A DNA stretch of 63,306 nt, filler included, from Octopus bimaculoides (lineage: Eukaryota): assembly GCF_001194135.2 (NCBI RefSeq). It is 7 parts of 5 records of this genome, joined end to end, with 100 filler letters (N's around TTAATTAATTAA, not from the genome) between each part and the next. Parts side by side here need not be neighbours in the genome. Positions count along the whole stretch, not along the records: positions 1 to 12,698 come from NC_068983.1; 6 more parts are not named here. The stretch is one strand, 5' to 3'. Below are positions 1-9,869 of the stretch, piece after piece. The translations under genes were made by a program, and so were the position numbers. Positions within the stretch are counted from its first letter, which is position 1; each line of letters begins with the position of its first letter. The notes beneath the pieces are model-generated. The model made no database searches and was not told where the DNA came from. It worked only from the letters and a program-made list of their open reading frames with translations.

Positions 1-274
1 GTGGAATCTAAAAGCAGAAACAATTCCTATCATAGTAAGTGCCTTAGGTATAATAAAAAATATTCAGACAAATACATAACAAAAACACCAGGACTTACAA
101 ATATATATAACATACAGAAAATTGCACTGCTGGGTACTGCACACATTCTACGCAAAACACTTTCAATACAGTAAGCATAAGAGCACCACAGCAAACCACA
201 GCACATACCCAAGGCGCACAGAGCTGCGCTCTGTAGTGAAATGAAAGCACGTTATAAAAATAAAACTACTGAAC
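1..274 (+). mobile_element. 3' end of R4/Dong-like (REL endonuclease) non-LTR retrotransposon, followed by (AAT)n
   Basis: Translates WNLKAETIPIIVSALGII / YSDKYITKTPGLTNIYNIQKIALLGTAHILRKTLSIQ* (1-nt frameshift in the A-run near 55-60; stop at 172-174). This matches the C-terminal motifs PxxxGALG and QKxxLLGTAxILR of REL-type LINEs. A short 3' UTR runs into the TAA repeat. Confidence 0.7.
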
Positions 275-445
275 AATAATAATAATAATGATGATGATAA
301 TGATAATAATAATAAGAACAACAACAACAATAACTACAACAACACTTCCGCAGACAATAACTTAAACTATAAATAAAACTGCTAACAAAGTCCACAAATC
401 GGGTGAGACAATTTAAACCGTTGTTACACTACTACTACTACTACT

Positions 446-631
446 TTCAAATCTTGGCACAAGGCAAAGACCATTCTGGTCGATTACATTGATCCCCAGT
501 ACTCAACTGGTACTTATTTTATTAACGCCGAAAGACGGATGAAAGGCAAAGTCGACCTCGGCGGAATTTGAACTGAGGACGTGAGGACGGACGAAATACC
601 ATTATGCATTTTGTCCTACATACTAACGCTT
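446..631 (-). mobile_element. tRNA-derived SINE family A, degenerate copy
   Basis: Reverse complement of the recurrent A-family body (GAGTTCAAATTCCGCCGAGGTCGACTTTGCCTTTCATCC...AAGTACCAGTTGAGTACTGGGG). Confidence 0.8.
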
Positions 632-632
632 C

Positions 633-868
633 TTATTTCATTATTGCTCACAAAGGGGCTACATACAGAGGGGACAAACAAGGACAGACAAACGGATTAA
701 GTCGATTGCATCGACCCCAGTGCATAACTGGCACTTCATTTATTGACCCCGAAAGGATGAAAGGCAAAGTCGACCTCGGATGAATTTGAACTCAGAACGT
801 AACGGCAGACGAAATACCGCTAAGCATTTCGCCCGGCGTGCTAACGTTTCTGCCAGCGCGCTGCCTTT
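633..868 (-). mobile_element. SINE family A, long-tail subfamily (Tx1-like 3' tail)
   Basis: A-family head and core plus the tail TTTGTCCCCTCTGTATGTAGCCCCTTTGTGAGCAATAATGAAATAAG on the minus strand. Confidence 0.85.
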
Positions 869-884
869 ATTACTTATAATACAG

Positions 885-1100
885 GTTTGAAATTTTGGCA
901 CAAGGCCAGCAAATTTCGTGATAGGGTGTAAGTCGATTACATTGACCCCAGTACTCAACTTGTACTTATTTTATCGACCCTGAAAAAAAATGAAAGACAA
1001 AGTCGACCTCGGCTGAATTTGAATTCAGAACACGAAGACAGACAAAATGCTACAAAGTATTTTGCCTGGGTTTCTAACGATTCTGCTAGCTCGCCGCCTT
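885..1100 (-). mobile_element. SINE family A, short-tail copy
   Basis: Head GGCGGCGAGCTAGCAGAATCGTTAG on the minus strand; B-box-like GAATTCAAATTC; tail GGCCTTGTGCCAAAATTTCAAAC. Confidence 0.85.
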
Positions 1101-1736
1101 ACAACTATTTATAATATTGATAATACAGCTAAAAATATTCATACTAGTACTACTAATAATACACTTGGTAACTATGTTAATAGCACATAATACCATTTTA
1201 CCTGTTCAAAAAGAAAGATCCGTGGCTTATTGGATTTTATGTATTTGATTATGAATTGGTGCATATTTGATTTAATCTATGCTTATTCCTATAAAATATT
1301 TAGAAATCAAATATATAATCTGCATAAATTTCTTGACATGTTGAAATAAACCATCGAATATATTACAACAATTGTAATATGAAGAAAATAACTAGAAATA
1401 AGCTTCTTTATCTAAGGGAGGCAACCTATGGCGAGTGGCATACAAGGGAAATAACTTCTGATTCTAAATGCAAAATGTCTTTTGACTTCGAGGATATATA
1501 CTAAAATTGGATGGACGTTATTTTGATAGATAAAAAATAGATGTGCGAGTGGGTGCACGTACGCGCACGTAAATTTATATATACATACATCAGAAACAGT
1601 GCACATCTGCACACACAGCGGATGTTAACATAAAGCTGAAGATCAGTGAAGAAGAGAACACCTATGCTGAACCATTGAGAAATCTGCAGTTACACCCATC
1701 CACATAGATGCATACATACATACATACATACATACA

Positions 1737-1767
<31 letters not shown>

Positions 1768-1805
1768 GTACGTACGTACATAGATGCATGCATGCATACA
1801 TACAT

Positions 1806-2058
1806 TGTTGTTGTTGGCACTCCGTCGCTTACGACGTCGAGGGTTCCAGTTGATCCGATCAACGGAACAGCCTGCCCGTGAAATTAACGTGCAAGTGGCT
1901 GAGCACTCCACAGACACGTGTACCCTTAACGTAGTTCTCGGGGATGTTCAGCATGACACAGTGTGACAAGGCTGACCCTTTGAATTACAAGCACAACAGA
2001 AACAAGAAGTAAGAGTGATAGAAAGTTGTGGTGAAAGAGTACAGCAGGGTTCACCACA
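1806..2058 (-). mobile_element. SINE family C, 5'-truncated
   Basis: Near-identical to the 3' two-thirds of the full copy at 32205-32588; ends GGAGTGCC(AAC)n. Confidence 0.85.
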
Positions 2059-2160
2059 GAAAATTGCACTACTGGGTACTGCACACATCCTACGCAAAAC
2101 ACTTTCAATACAGTAAACATAAGAGCACCACAGCAAACCACAGCACATACCCAAGGTGCC
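2056..2160 (+). mobile_element. Second fragment of the R4/Dong-like element
   Basis: About 100 bp near-identical to 114-215 (QKIALLGTAHILRKTLSIQ* plus the start of the UTR). Confidence 0.75.
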
Positions 2161-2214
2161 TTAGAATTTCTTGGCTCGGCAACCATTAGCTTCTCTCAAT
2201 TTGTGAGAAGTACA

Positions 2215-2530
2215 TGTGGTAGTGGGCACAAAGCCAGCAGTTTCGAGTGACGGTATAAGTCGATTACATCGATTCCAATTTTCAATTGGTACTTATTTAA
2301 TCCACCCCTGATGGTTAATGGACTCCGGTGGAATTTGAACTCAGAACGTAAAACCCGAGGATATATCACCAAGCATTTCACCAGGCGTGCTAACGATTCT
2401 GCTAGCTCGCCACCTTGATGCTGTTTGTAATAATCCTTTCTACTATAGGCACACGGCCTCAAATTTTTGCGAGAGGGAACTAGTCGATTGCATCGACCCC
2501 AGTATTCCACTGGTACTTAATTTATCGATC
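2215..2530 (-). mobile_element. Two SINE family A copies (about 2215-2416 degenerate; about 2445-2530 3' fragment)
   Basis: A-family core and head motifs on the minus strand. Confidence 0.7.
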
Positions 2531-2532
2531 TC

Positions 2533-2776
2533 GAACCGTTTAAGTTACGGGGACGTAAACACACCAGCATCGGTTGTCAAGCGATGTTGGAGGGGACAAA
2601 CACAGATACACAAATATATATACACACACATACATATATACGACGGGCTTCCTTCAGTTTCCGTCTACCAAATCCACTCACAAGGCTTTGGTTGGCCCGA
2701 GGCCATAGTTGAGGACACTTGCCCAAGGTGTCACACAGTGGGACTGAACCCAGAGCCATGTGTGGTTGGTAAGCAA
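2533..2776 (-). mobile_element. SINE family B (tRNA head plus CORE-like CCTTGGGCAAGT domain), partial
   Basis: Matches the full B copies at 27385-27795 and 42776-43225. Confidence 0.85.
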
Positions 2777-3015
2777 ATAAAATCTCAAGAAGAGATAGAG
2801 TAGTAACGTCTATTAAACAGTAAAGCCATTCGCCACATCAAAGTGGCTGTTGAATGTTACTAGTTTAACCCCAGGCAAATTCTCCACCGGTTGGTTATCG
2901 GTGCAACACTCTGCACCTTTTATATACAATATATTGCTATCACGGGGAGCGAACCCATACTAGCCTCTAGCAGCTAACAGGATCGCGAGGATACTGACTC
3001 TTAACATACACATAA

Positions 3016-3248
3016 GGCGGCGAGCTGGCAGATACGTTAGCACGCCGGGCGAAATGCTTAACGGTATTTCGTCTGCTGCTACGTTCTGAGTTCAAATTCC
3101 GCTAGGTCGACTTTGCCTTTCATCCTTTCGGGGGTCGATTAAACAAGTACCAGTTACGCACTGGGGTCGATATAATCGACTTAATCCGTTTGTCTGTCCT
3201 TGTTTGTCCCCTCTGTGTGTAGCCCCTTGTGGGTAGTAATGAAATAAC
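3016..3248 (+). mobile_element. SINE family A, long-tail subfamily, full length
   Basis: GGCGGCGAGCTGGCAGATACGTTAG head, GAGTTCAAATTCC B-box, core, and tail TTTGTCCCCTCTGTGTGTAGCCCCTTGTGGGTAGTAATGAAATA. Confidence 0.9.
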
Positions 3249-3249
3249 A

Positions 3250-3415
3250 CACACACACACAATACCGGTTTCTTTCGATATTCGTCTACCAAGTCCAGCC
3301 AAAAAGCTTTGGTTGACCTGAGGCTATAGTAGAAGACACTTTTCCAAGGTGCCACACAGTGAGACTGAACCATGTACCATGTGGTTCGGATGCAAATTTC
3401 TTACCGCACAGCGAC
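3250..3415 (-). mobile_element. SINE family B, 5' half
   Basis: Reverse complement of the B head and CORE-like domain. Confidence 0.75.
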
Positions 3416-3727
3416 ACAAGATTTATATATATGCTGTTTAGGACGACCGGTTTATTTTAATTTTTGATGCGAGCATATTATATAACGTTCAAAATTCATA
3501 TGGCATGTGTGGATGCATTCATGTAAATACATCTATCTTCGTTTATTCCAAGGGTTTGGTTCCACCCCACCCCCCCAAAAAAACACGGTGATAAACGAAT
3601 CATCTCCACGCACTCTTTGAATGGAATGGATGGTCGATTCATTGCCACTAACTCACTACCCTCAGTAGCGAAGCTTCGACCGTCACCTATTTTCTTGATC
3701 ATTACTACATTTTCTTGTAAAGAATAC

Positions 3728-4367
3728 GGATCTATTTTAAAACGGGGGCCACATTTTTCATTAATGTTTTACGTAGTGTTTTTGGTACGGAAAGACTTTC
3801 AAACTTCGTATACTTATCTATTTTGTGTTATAGAACAGAAAAATATTTTTGTATTCGAATTTATTTCATNNNNNNNNNNNNNNNNNNNNNNNNNNNNNNN
3901 NNNNNNNNNNNNNNNNNNNNNNNNNNNNNNNNNNNNNNNNNNNNNNNNNNNNNNNNNNNNNNNNNNNNNNNNNNNNNNNNNNNNNNNNNNNNNNNNNNNN
4001 NNNNNNNNNNNNNNNNNNNNNNNNNNNNNNNNNNNNNNNNNNNNNNNNNNNNNNNNNNNNNNNNNNNNNNNNNNNNNNNNNNNNNNNNNNNNNNNNNNNN
4101 NNNNNNNNNNNNNNNNNNNNNNNNNNNNNNNNNNNNNNNNNNNNNNNNNNNNNNNNNNNNNNNNNNNNNNNNNNNNNNNNNNNNNNNNNNNNNNNNNNNN
4201 NNNNNNNNNNNNNNNNNNNNNNNNNNNNNNTGGAATAATTTATGGATTTCTTTTTTTTTAAAGAAGACTAAGAGAAAAAGATGTTTTATATGACACATTC
4301 TACCAGTGTTCCAAGTTTCAAAGTGTTTCGTTAATGAAAAATGTGGCCCCCGTTTTAAAAAAGATCC
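3728..4367. mobile_element. Non-autonomous TIR element (MITE) with 8-bp TSD; interior partly in a gap
   Basis: TIRs GGATCT(A/T)TTTTAAAACGGGGGCCACATTTTTCATTAA at both ends; TSD AAGAATAC at 3720-3727 and 4368-4375; second copy at 57089. Confidence 0.85.
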
Positions 4368-4969
4368 AAGAATACATTTATTTATGTCGTTTGTCAGGAT
4401 CAGGCATCTTCATGCTTTTGCTCTTCGCTGGTTCCACTGCGAAGGGTATGTAAATCCGTATTGAAAATACGCAGCTCATAATATGGTCATGTTAACACAA
4501 GCGGTAGTCAGCGCGTTCTTGGTAGATGAGTATTCTGGGTGGTTATTAGGGCTCGTTTTTGCGGTACAAGCAGAATCTTCGACTGCTCGCCGACCCGTGT
4601 TATCACACATCAGTCCCTGATAAGCATAACGTGATTCATAATTGAGCATACCGTGTTATACCGGATCGGAGATGACCGAATCAGTGATAAACAAGGCTAC
4701 ATGTATTTATATACGAACAGGTACACTCACACAGATACACAACACACACATACATACATATCACAAGTTACATATATACACAAGAGACTCTGGCTTGTTT
4801 CAACATAACGTAATTAAGTACTCTAGTAACTGAGATGCCGACGCGTCTAATCTAAGATGTTCGTTTGCAAACAATACAAATATCGTACGAATACTTGACA
4901 CTGTGTTGAATACAGAGAATTTCACAAGAGCTGCAGTAGTAGCAACAACAACAACAACAACAGCTAGTT

Positions 4970-5007
<38 letters not shown>

Positions 5008-5960
5008 CAAGCAGTACTGAATTACATGAACACTACTTCAATAATAAACTATCGATTCTCTAGAGGAGACGACAAAAGCTAATAATGGCAGCACCTTTGA
5101 ACCAAGGCTAAAATCTATATAACACAATAATGAAGGAATGCTTGAAAGAAATTGTCATCTTCTTTTTGATCTCAACAACGAAGCTGTTCTAGGAAAGACA
5201 CGCACATCACACACATACACAACACACCCGTGCACATCACACACACATACATTAATATACACACTCATGTATATATATATTCACAGATGCATGTATATAC
5301 ATACACATACATTCAATATATTGTAAGAAGCTTCAAGTCGTATTTCTTTGCTTTCTGTCTGTCTTTTACTTTTTCATTAGATTTTCTCCTATTTCTTGGA
5401 GGTTTTTTCTTCGATTTCTTGTAGTTATTGATCTTTTCTTAATGGTGTTGTTGTTGTTGTTGCTGTTTATTGTTGTTCTGCTGCTGCTGTTGTTGTCATT
5501 GTTGTTGTTGTTGTTGCCATCGTTGTTGTTTAGCCTCAGGTCAGCCTTGGTGGAGCATATTTGGGATCAAAGGAATGAGTCATGATCAACCCATCTTTTT
5601 GCACACCTAACACTATATTAGCCTCTGTCTCTATCATTTGTATTCGGTAGAACTGTGATGAGGAGAGGAAAATTTGACAGCTATTTCTAGCAAACCGCAC
5701 TACCACTCAGACATAACCTCCTTACCTCATTATTTGGTTATCTGCGGTGGTAACATTGTCGTTATTCTTCATGCTTAACCCCAGCTCAGCCCCTGGTAAA
5801 GCAGACGTTCCTGTCGAGACCATCCTACTTTTTCTCCTGCGTGCAGGTAACTCAGTTTTGTGGTGGTTGCCGTGATTGTTATGGTGATAGAAGTAGTGGT
5901 AATAAGTGTTGGTGCAGCTGGGGCGATAGTGTTAGTGGTGGTGATTTGACTATAAGCCAA

Positions 5961-6172
5961 GGTGGTGAGCTGGCTGAATCGTTAGCACGCTGGACGAAAT
6001 GCTTAGCGGTATTTCGCCCGTCGCTACGTTTTGAGTTCAAATTCCACCGAGGTCGACTTTGCTTTTCATCCTTTTGGGGTCGATAAATTTAGTACCAGGG
6101 AAACACTGGGGGTCAATGTAATCGACTTGTCCCCTCCTCCATAATTTCAGGCCTTGTGCCTATAGTAGAAAG
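5961..6172 (+). mobile_element. SINE family A, full length, with 18-bp TSD
   Basis: TSD GATTTGACTATAAGCCAA at 5943-5960 and 6173-6190. Confidence 0.92.
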
Positions 6173-6219
6173 GATTTGACTATAAGCCAAATACCTTAAT
6201 CACTAGGCATTCATGCACA

Positions 6220-6257
<38 letters not shown>

Positions 6258-6304
6258 TTAGCATTTCGCTAAATTAGCCATAAATTTTTATGGCAAAAAT
6301 ATAT

Positions 6305-6394
6305 ATACTGACAGCCGTATTTAGCGAAACCATCGAGCGCCTGAGTAGTGATTACTGATGAGACTACCATTAATAGGTGAAACAACTCTAGTTT
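6305..6394 (+). ncRNA. Degenerate hammerhead-like cores (two in tandem)
   Basis: CTGATGA-GACTACCATTAATAGGT-GAAAC at 6355-6383, preceded by CTGACAG...TAGC-GAAAC at 6308-6330. Stem II is imperfect and the sequence runs into a gap. Confidence 0.35.
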
Positions 6395-6664
6395 NNNNNN
6401 NNNNNNNNNNNNNNNNNNNNNNNNNNNNNNNNNNNNNNNNNNNNNNNNNNNNNNNNNNNNNNNNNNNNNNNNNNNNNNNNNNNNNNNNNNNNNNNNNNNN
6501 NNNNNNNNNNNNNNNNNNNNTAACAAAACAGGAAAATGGACATTTTTTGGTATTATTTATTCTCCATTACAGGTGTTTCATTAACTACTAGGAAGTACAA
6601 AGATTTTCATGTTATTGAACTTCCTATTAGAAATTCATCAGAGAATTTCTTTCTATAATACCAT

Positions 6665-6870
6665 TTTCATGTTTAACTGCGGCTATGTTGGAGCACCGCC
6701 TTAATGGGTTTTAGTCGAAGAAAACGACCCCAGGATTTATTCTTTGTAAGGCTAATACTTATTCTATCGGTTTTTTACGGATCCGCTAAGTTACGTAAAC
6801 ATAAATTCACTAACATCGGTTGTCAAACGATGGTGATGGAGACAAACACAGACACAAAGACGCACACACA
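6665..6870 (-). mobile_element. SINE family B, 3' half
   Basis: Reverse complement of the B 3' module (...GGCGGTGCTCCAACATAGCCGCAGT). Confidence 0.8.
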
Positions 6871-6998
6871 TAAATACACACACACATACACGCACACACA
6901 CACGCACACACACACATGCATATAGGAAAAATAGAAGTTGAAAATGCACTGAGAATAGTCAAAGTATTTTATTATCATTATTATTATTATTATTATTA

Positions 6999-7049
<51 letters not shown>

Positions 7050-7063
7050 TTATTATTATTATT

Positions 7064-7102
7064 GTTCAGTAGTTTTATTTTTATAACGTGCTTTCACTTC
7101 AC
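7064..7102 (-). mobile_element. 3' terminus of the R4/Dong-like element abutting (TAA)n; remainder in a gap
   Basis: Reverse complement GTGAAGTGAAAGCACGTTATAAAAATAAAACTACTGAAC matches 236-274; followed by the (AAT)n tract at about 6975-7063. Confidence 0.75.
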
Positions 7103-8091
7103 NNNNNNNNNNNNNNNNNNNNNNNNNNNNNNNNNNNNNNNNNNNNNNNNNNNNNNNNNNNNNNNNNNNNNNNNNNNNNNNNNNNNNNNNNNNNNNNNNN
7201 NNNNNNNNNNNNNNNNNNNNNNNNNNNNNNNNNNNNNNNNNNNNNNNNNNNNNNNNNNNNNNNNNNNNNNNNNNNNNNNNNNNNNNNNNNNNNNNNNNNN
7301 NNNNNNNNNNNNNNNNNNNNNNNNNNNNNNNNNNNNNNNNNNNNNNNNNNNNNNNNNNNNNNNNNNNNNNNNNNNNNNNNNNNNNNNNNNNNNNNNNNNN
7401 NNNNNNNNNNNNNNNNNNNNNNNNNNNNNNNNNNNNNNNNNNNNNNNNNNNNNNNNNNNNNNNNNNNNNNNNNNNNNNNNNNNNNNNNNNNNNNNNNNNN
7501 NNNNNNNNNNNNNNNNNNNNNNNNNNNNNNNNNNNNNNNNNNNNNNNNNNNNNNNNNNNNNNNNNNNNNNNNNNNNNNNNNNNNNNNNNNNNNNNNNNNN
7601 NNNNNNNNNNNNNNNNNNNNNNNNNNNNNNNNNNNNNNNNNNNNNNNNNNNNNNNNNNNNNNNNNNNNNNNNNNNNNNNNNNNNNNNNNNNNNNNNNNNN
7701 NNNNNNNNNNNNNNNNNNNNNNNNNNNNNNNNNNNNNNNNNNNNNNNNNNNNNNNNNNNNNNNNNNNNNNNNNNNNNNNNNNNNNNNNNNNNNNNNNNNN
7801 NNNNNNNNNNNNNNNNNNNNNNNNNNNNNNNNNNNNNNNNNNNNNNNNNNNNNNNNNNNNNNNNNNNNNNNNNNNNNNNNNNNNNNNNNNNNNNNNNNNN
7901 NNNNNNNNNNNNNNNNNNNNNNNNNNNNNNNNNNNNNNNNNNNNNNNNNNNNNNNNNNNNNNNNNNNNNNNNNNNNNNNNNNNNNNNNNNNNNNNNNNNN
8001 NNNNNNNNNNNNNNNNNNNNNNNNNNNNNNNNNNNNNNNNNNNNNNNNNNNNNNNNNNNNNNNNNNNNNNNNNNNNNNNNCTCTAACTCAC

Positions 8092-8363
8092 ATCCCTTGA
8101 TGACTTCGGCCAAATGCTTTACCATTAAGATAAACTGCCCGCTCACAAATTAATCCTTTAGTTTTAGACGCTGTAAAGCAAGTGTACAGCTACGTGTATA
8201 CAAATATAAAGAAACTAAGCAGTTTAGCTAAACTGCTTAATTTGTTTATATTTGTATACACGTAGTTGTACACTTGCTTTGTAGCGTCTAAAACTGAAGG
8301 ATTAATTTGTCAGCGGGCAGTTTATCTTAATGGTAAAGCACTTGGCCGCAGCCTTCAAGGGAT
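8092..8363. repeat. 272-bp near-perfect palindrome (136-bp arms) with outward-facing tRNA-like heads
   Basis: Centre AGTTTAG|CTAAACT at 8227/8228; arms pair out to ATCCCTTGA / TCAAGGGAT. The right arm continues into GGTTCGATTCC (B-box-like). Confidence 0.9.
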
Positions 8364-8920
8364 GAGGGTTCGATTCCCATGGGTGGTTGTTAATAAATTT
8401 TTCCGCTTTGTAAGGGGTAATTTATCCAATATTTCTGCTGTTCTGATGGCGTTTCTGCGTTCGAAAATAAATAATCGTCTTATTTGTATCTTACAATACA
8501 CATTTCGACGCTTATAAAAAATAAATGTTTATTTATGTATGTATATATATATATTTGATCAATGATGGAATGATGTTTATTAACCACTACAATTGTTTCG
8601 AGCCAGCTAGCATCGATCCCTCACTGATGGGATACTTGACAACTGGTTTAAGAGTATTCATCGATGTAGATGCCTCTCTTTTGGTGACTACAAGATGTAT
8701 CTCGTTAAAATAACGACTGTTCCGCAAGATATCTTCCTGGTTTGTGCATAAAAAGCAGAAAATTAAGGGATACAGCTTCATTTGTTTTATAGCAGATCAA
8801 TAATAAATTAAAGATGCCAAAAGAAACAATTACACAATAGAACAAGAATAGGATTAAATATTTAATACTGTCAACGCGCTTTACTGGTAAGCTACCAGGT
8901 GTATACTATAAGATTTATCA

Positions 8921-8953
<33 letters not shown>

Positions 8954-8956
<3 letters not shown>

Positions 8957-9055
8957 CCTCGTGGGCATCGGTACCATTTTCCTCTTTCTCCGTTCTTCCA
9001 TTCTCCGAACTTTCCATCTTTCCGACGAAGGGCTACGCCCGAAACGTTATACACT
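8954..9055 (+). mobile_element. Repeat carrying a minimal hammerhead-like motif (core 9022-9048); probable Penelope pLTR derivative
   Basis: CCGACGA-A-GGGC-TAC-GCCC-GAAAC-GTT; near-identical copy at 26110-26210. Confidence 0.6.
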
Positions 9056-9187
9056 NNNNNNNNNNNNNNNNNNNNNNNNNNNNNNNNNNNNNNNNNNNNN
9101 NNNNNNNNNNNNNNNNNNNNNNNNNNNNNNNNNNNNNNNNNNNNNNNNNNNNNNNNNNNNNNNNNNNNNNNNNNNNNNNNNNNNNNN

Positions 9188-9223
<36 letters not shown>

Positions 9224-9329
9224 ATGTAAAAATTTCAAGTATAAATAAAGTGGAAGTATACAAAAATAAACGTTATTTTCCACCTTACTATTTGGTTTCA
9301 AAATCTTTTGAGTGCTTAATCAGGCCCTG

Positions 9330-9560
9330 TATGGACTCTATGAGCAACTGTAAAAGTAGCAAAGTCGTAGACCAGATGAAATGCATGGAATGCGAGCGTT
9401 GTAACTCTAACACACTCCACATAGAGGGAACCACGCGTAGCCTGACTGAGAGAATGGAGGTATACCGGCAAGAATATAGTGATAGAAACATACAATGGTA
9501 CTCTACCAGTATGATAAAGATAAACATGGTGATATGCTAAGAAAATATAGAAATAAAATG
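9330..9560 (+). pseudogene. Penelope-like GIY-YIG endonuclease relic
   Basis: SSKVVDQMKCMECERCNSNTLHIEGTTRSLTERM resembles VVYxIxCxxC..YIGETxRxLxERxxEH of PLE endonucleases. Confidence 0.55.
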
Positions 9561-9869
9561 TCATATAGGCACCATACAGACCTACATACATAACTCAACG
9601 TTACGTTCGATACATGAAACTACACACATTGCAGAACAAAAATCGTAGAAAATACGAGAGAAATAGCCATACCTGCCACTACCACCGCCACGGATAGCAG
9701 GACATTACCCTCACCACCACCACCTCTATTGCCATCACCACCACTACTGTCACCACTACCACCTCTATATACGGACAAGTATGCGTTCGCTTCTGTGTCT
9801 ACGTGCTTGTGCATGTAGATGCATGCCAGTTCGGATATGAGATGGATAGACAAGATACCCATTGTGTCA

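Noticed and set aside
4385-4710. CpG-richer unique-looking segment interrupted upstream by the MITE
   Set aside because: No frame gave a recognisable protein or RNA structure; it could not be classified without a search.
6999-8153. ORFs of 150-480 aa spanning N gaps throughout the window
   Set aside because: They consist of X residues from unsequenced gaps.
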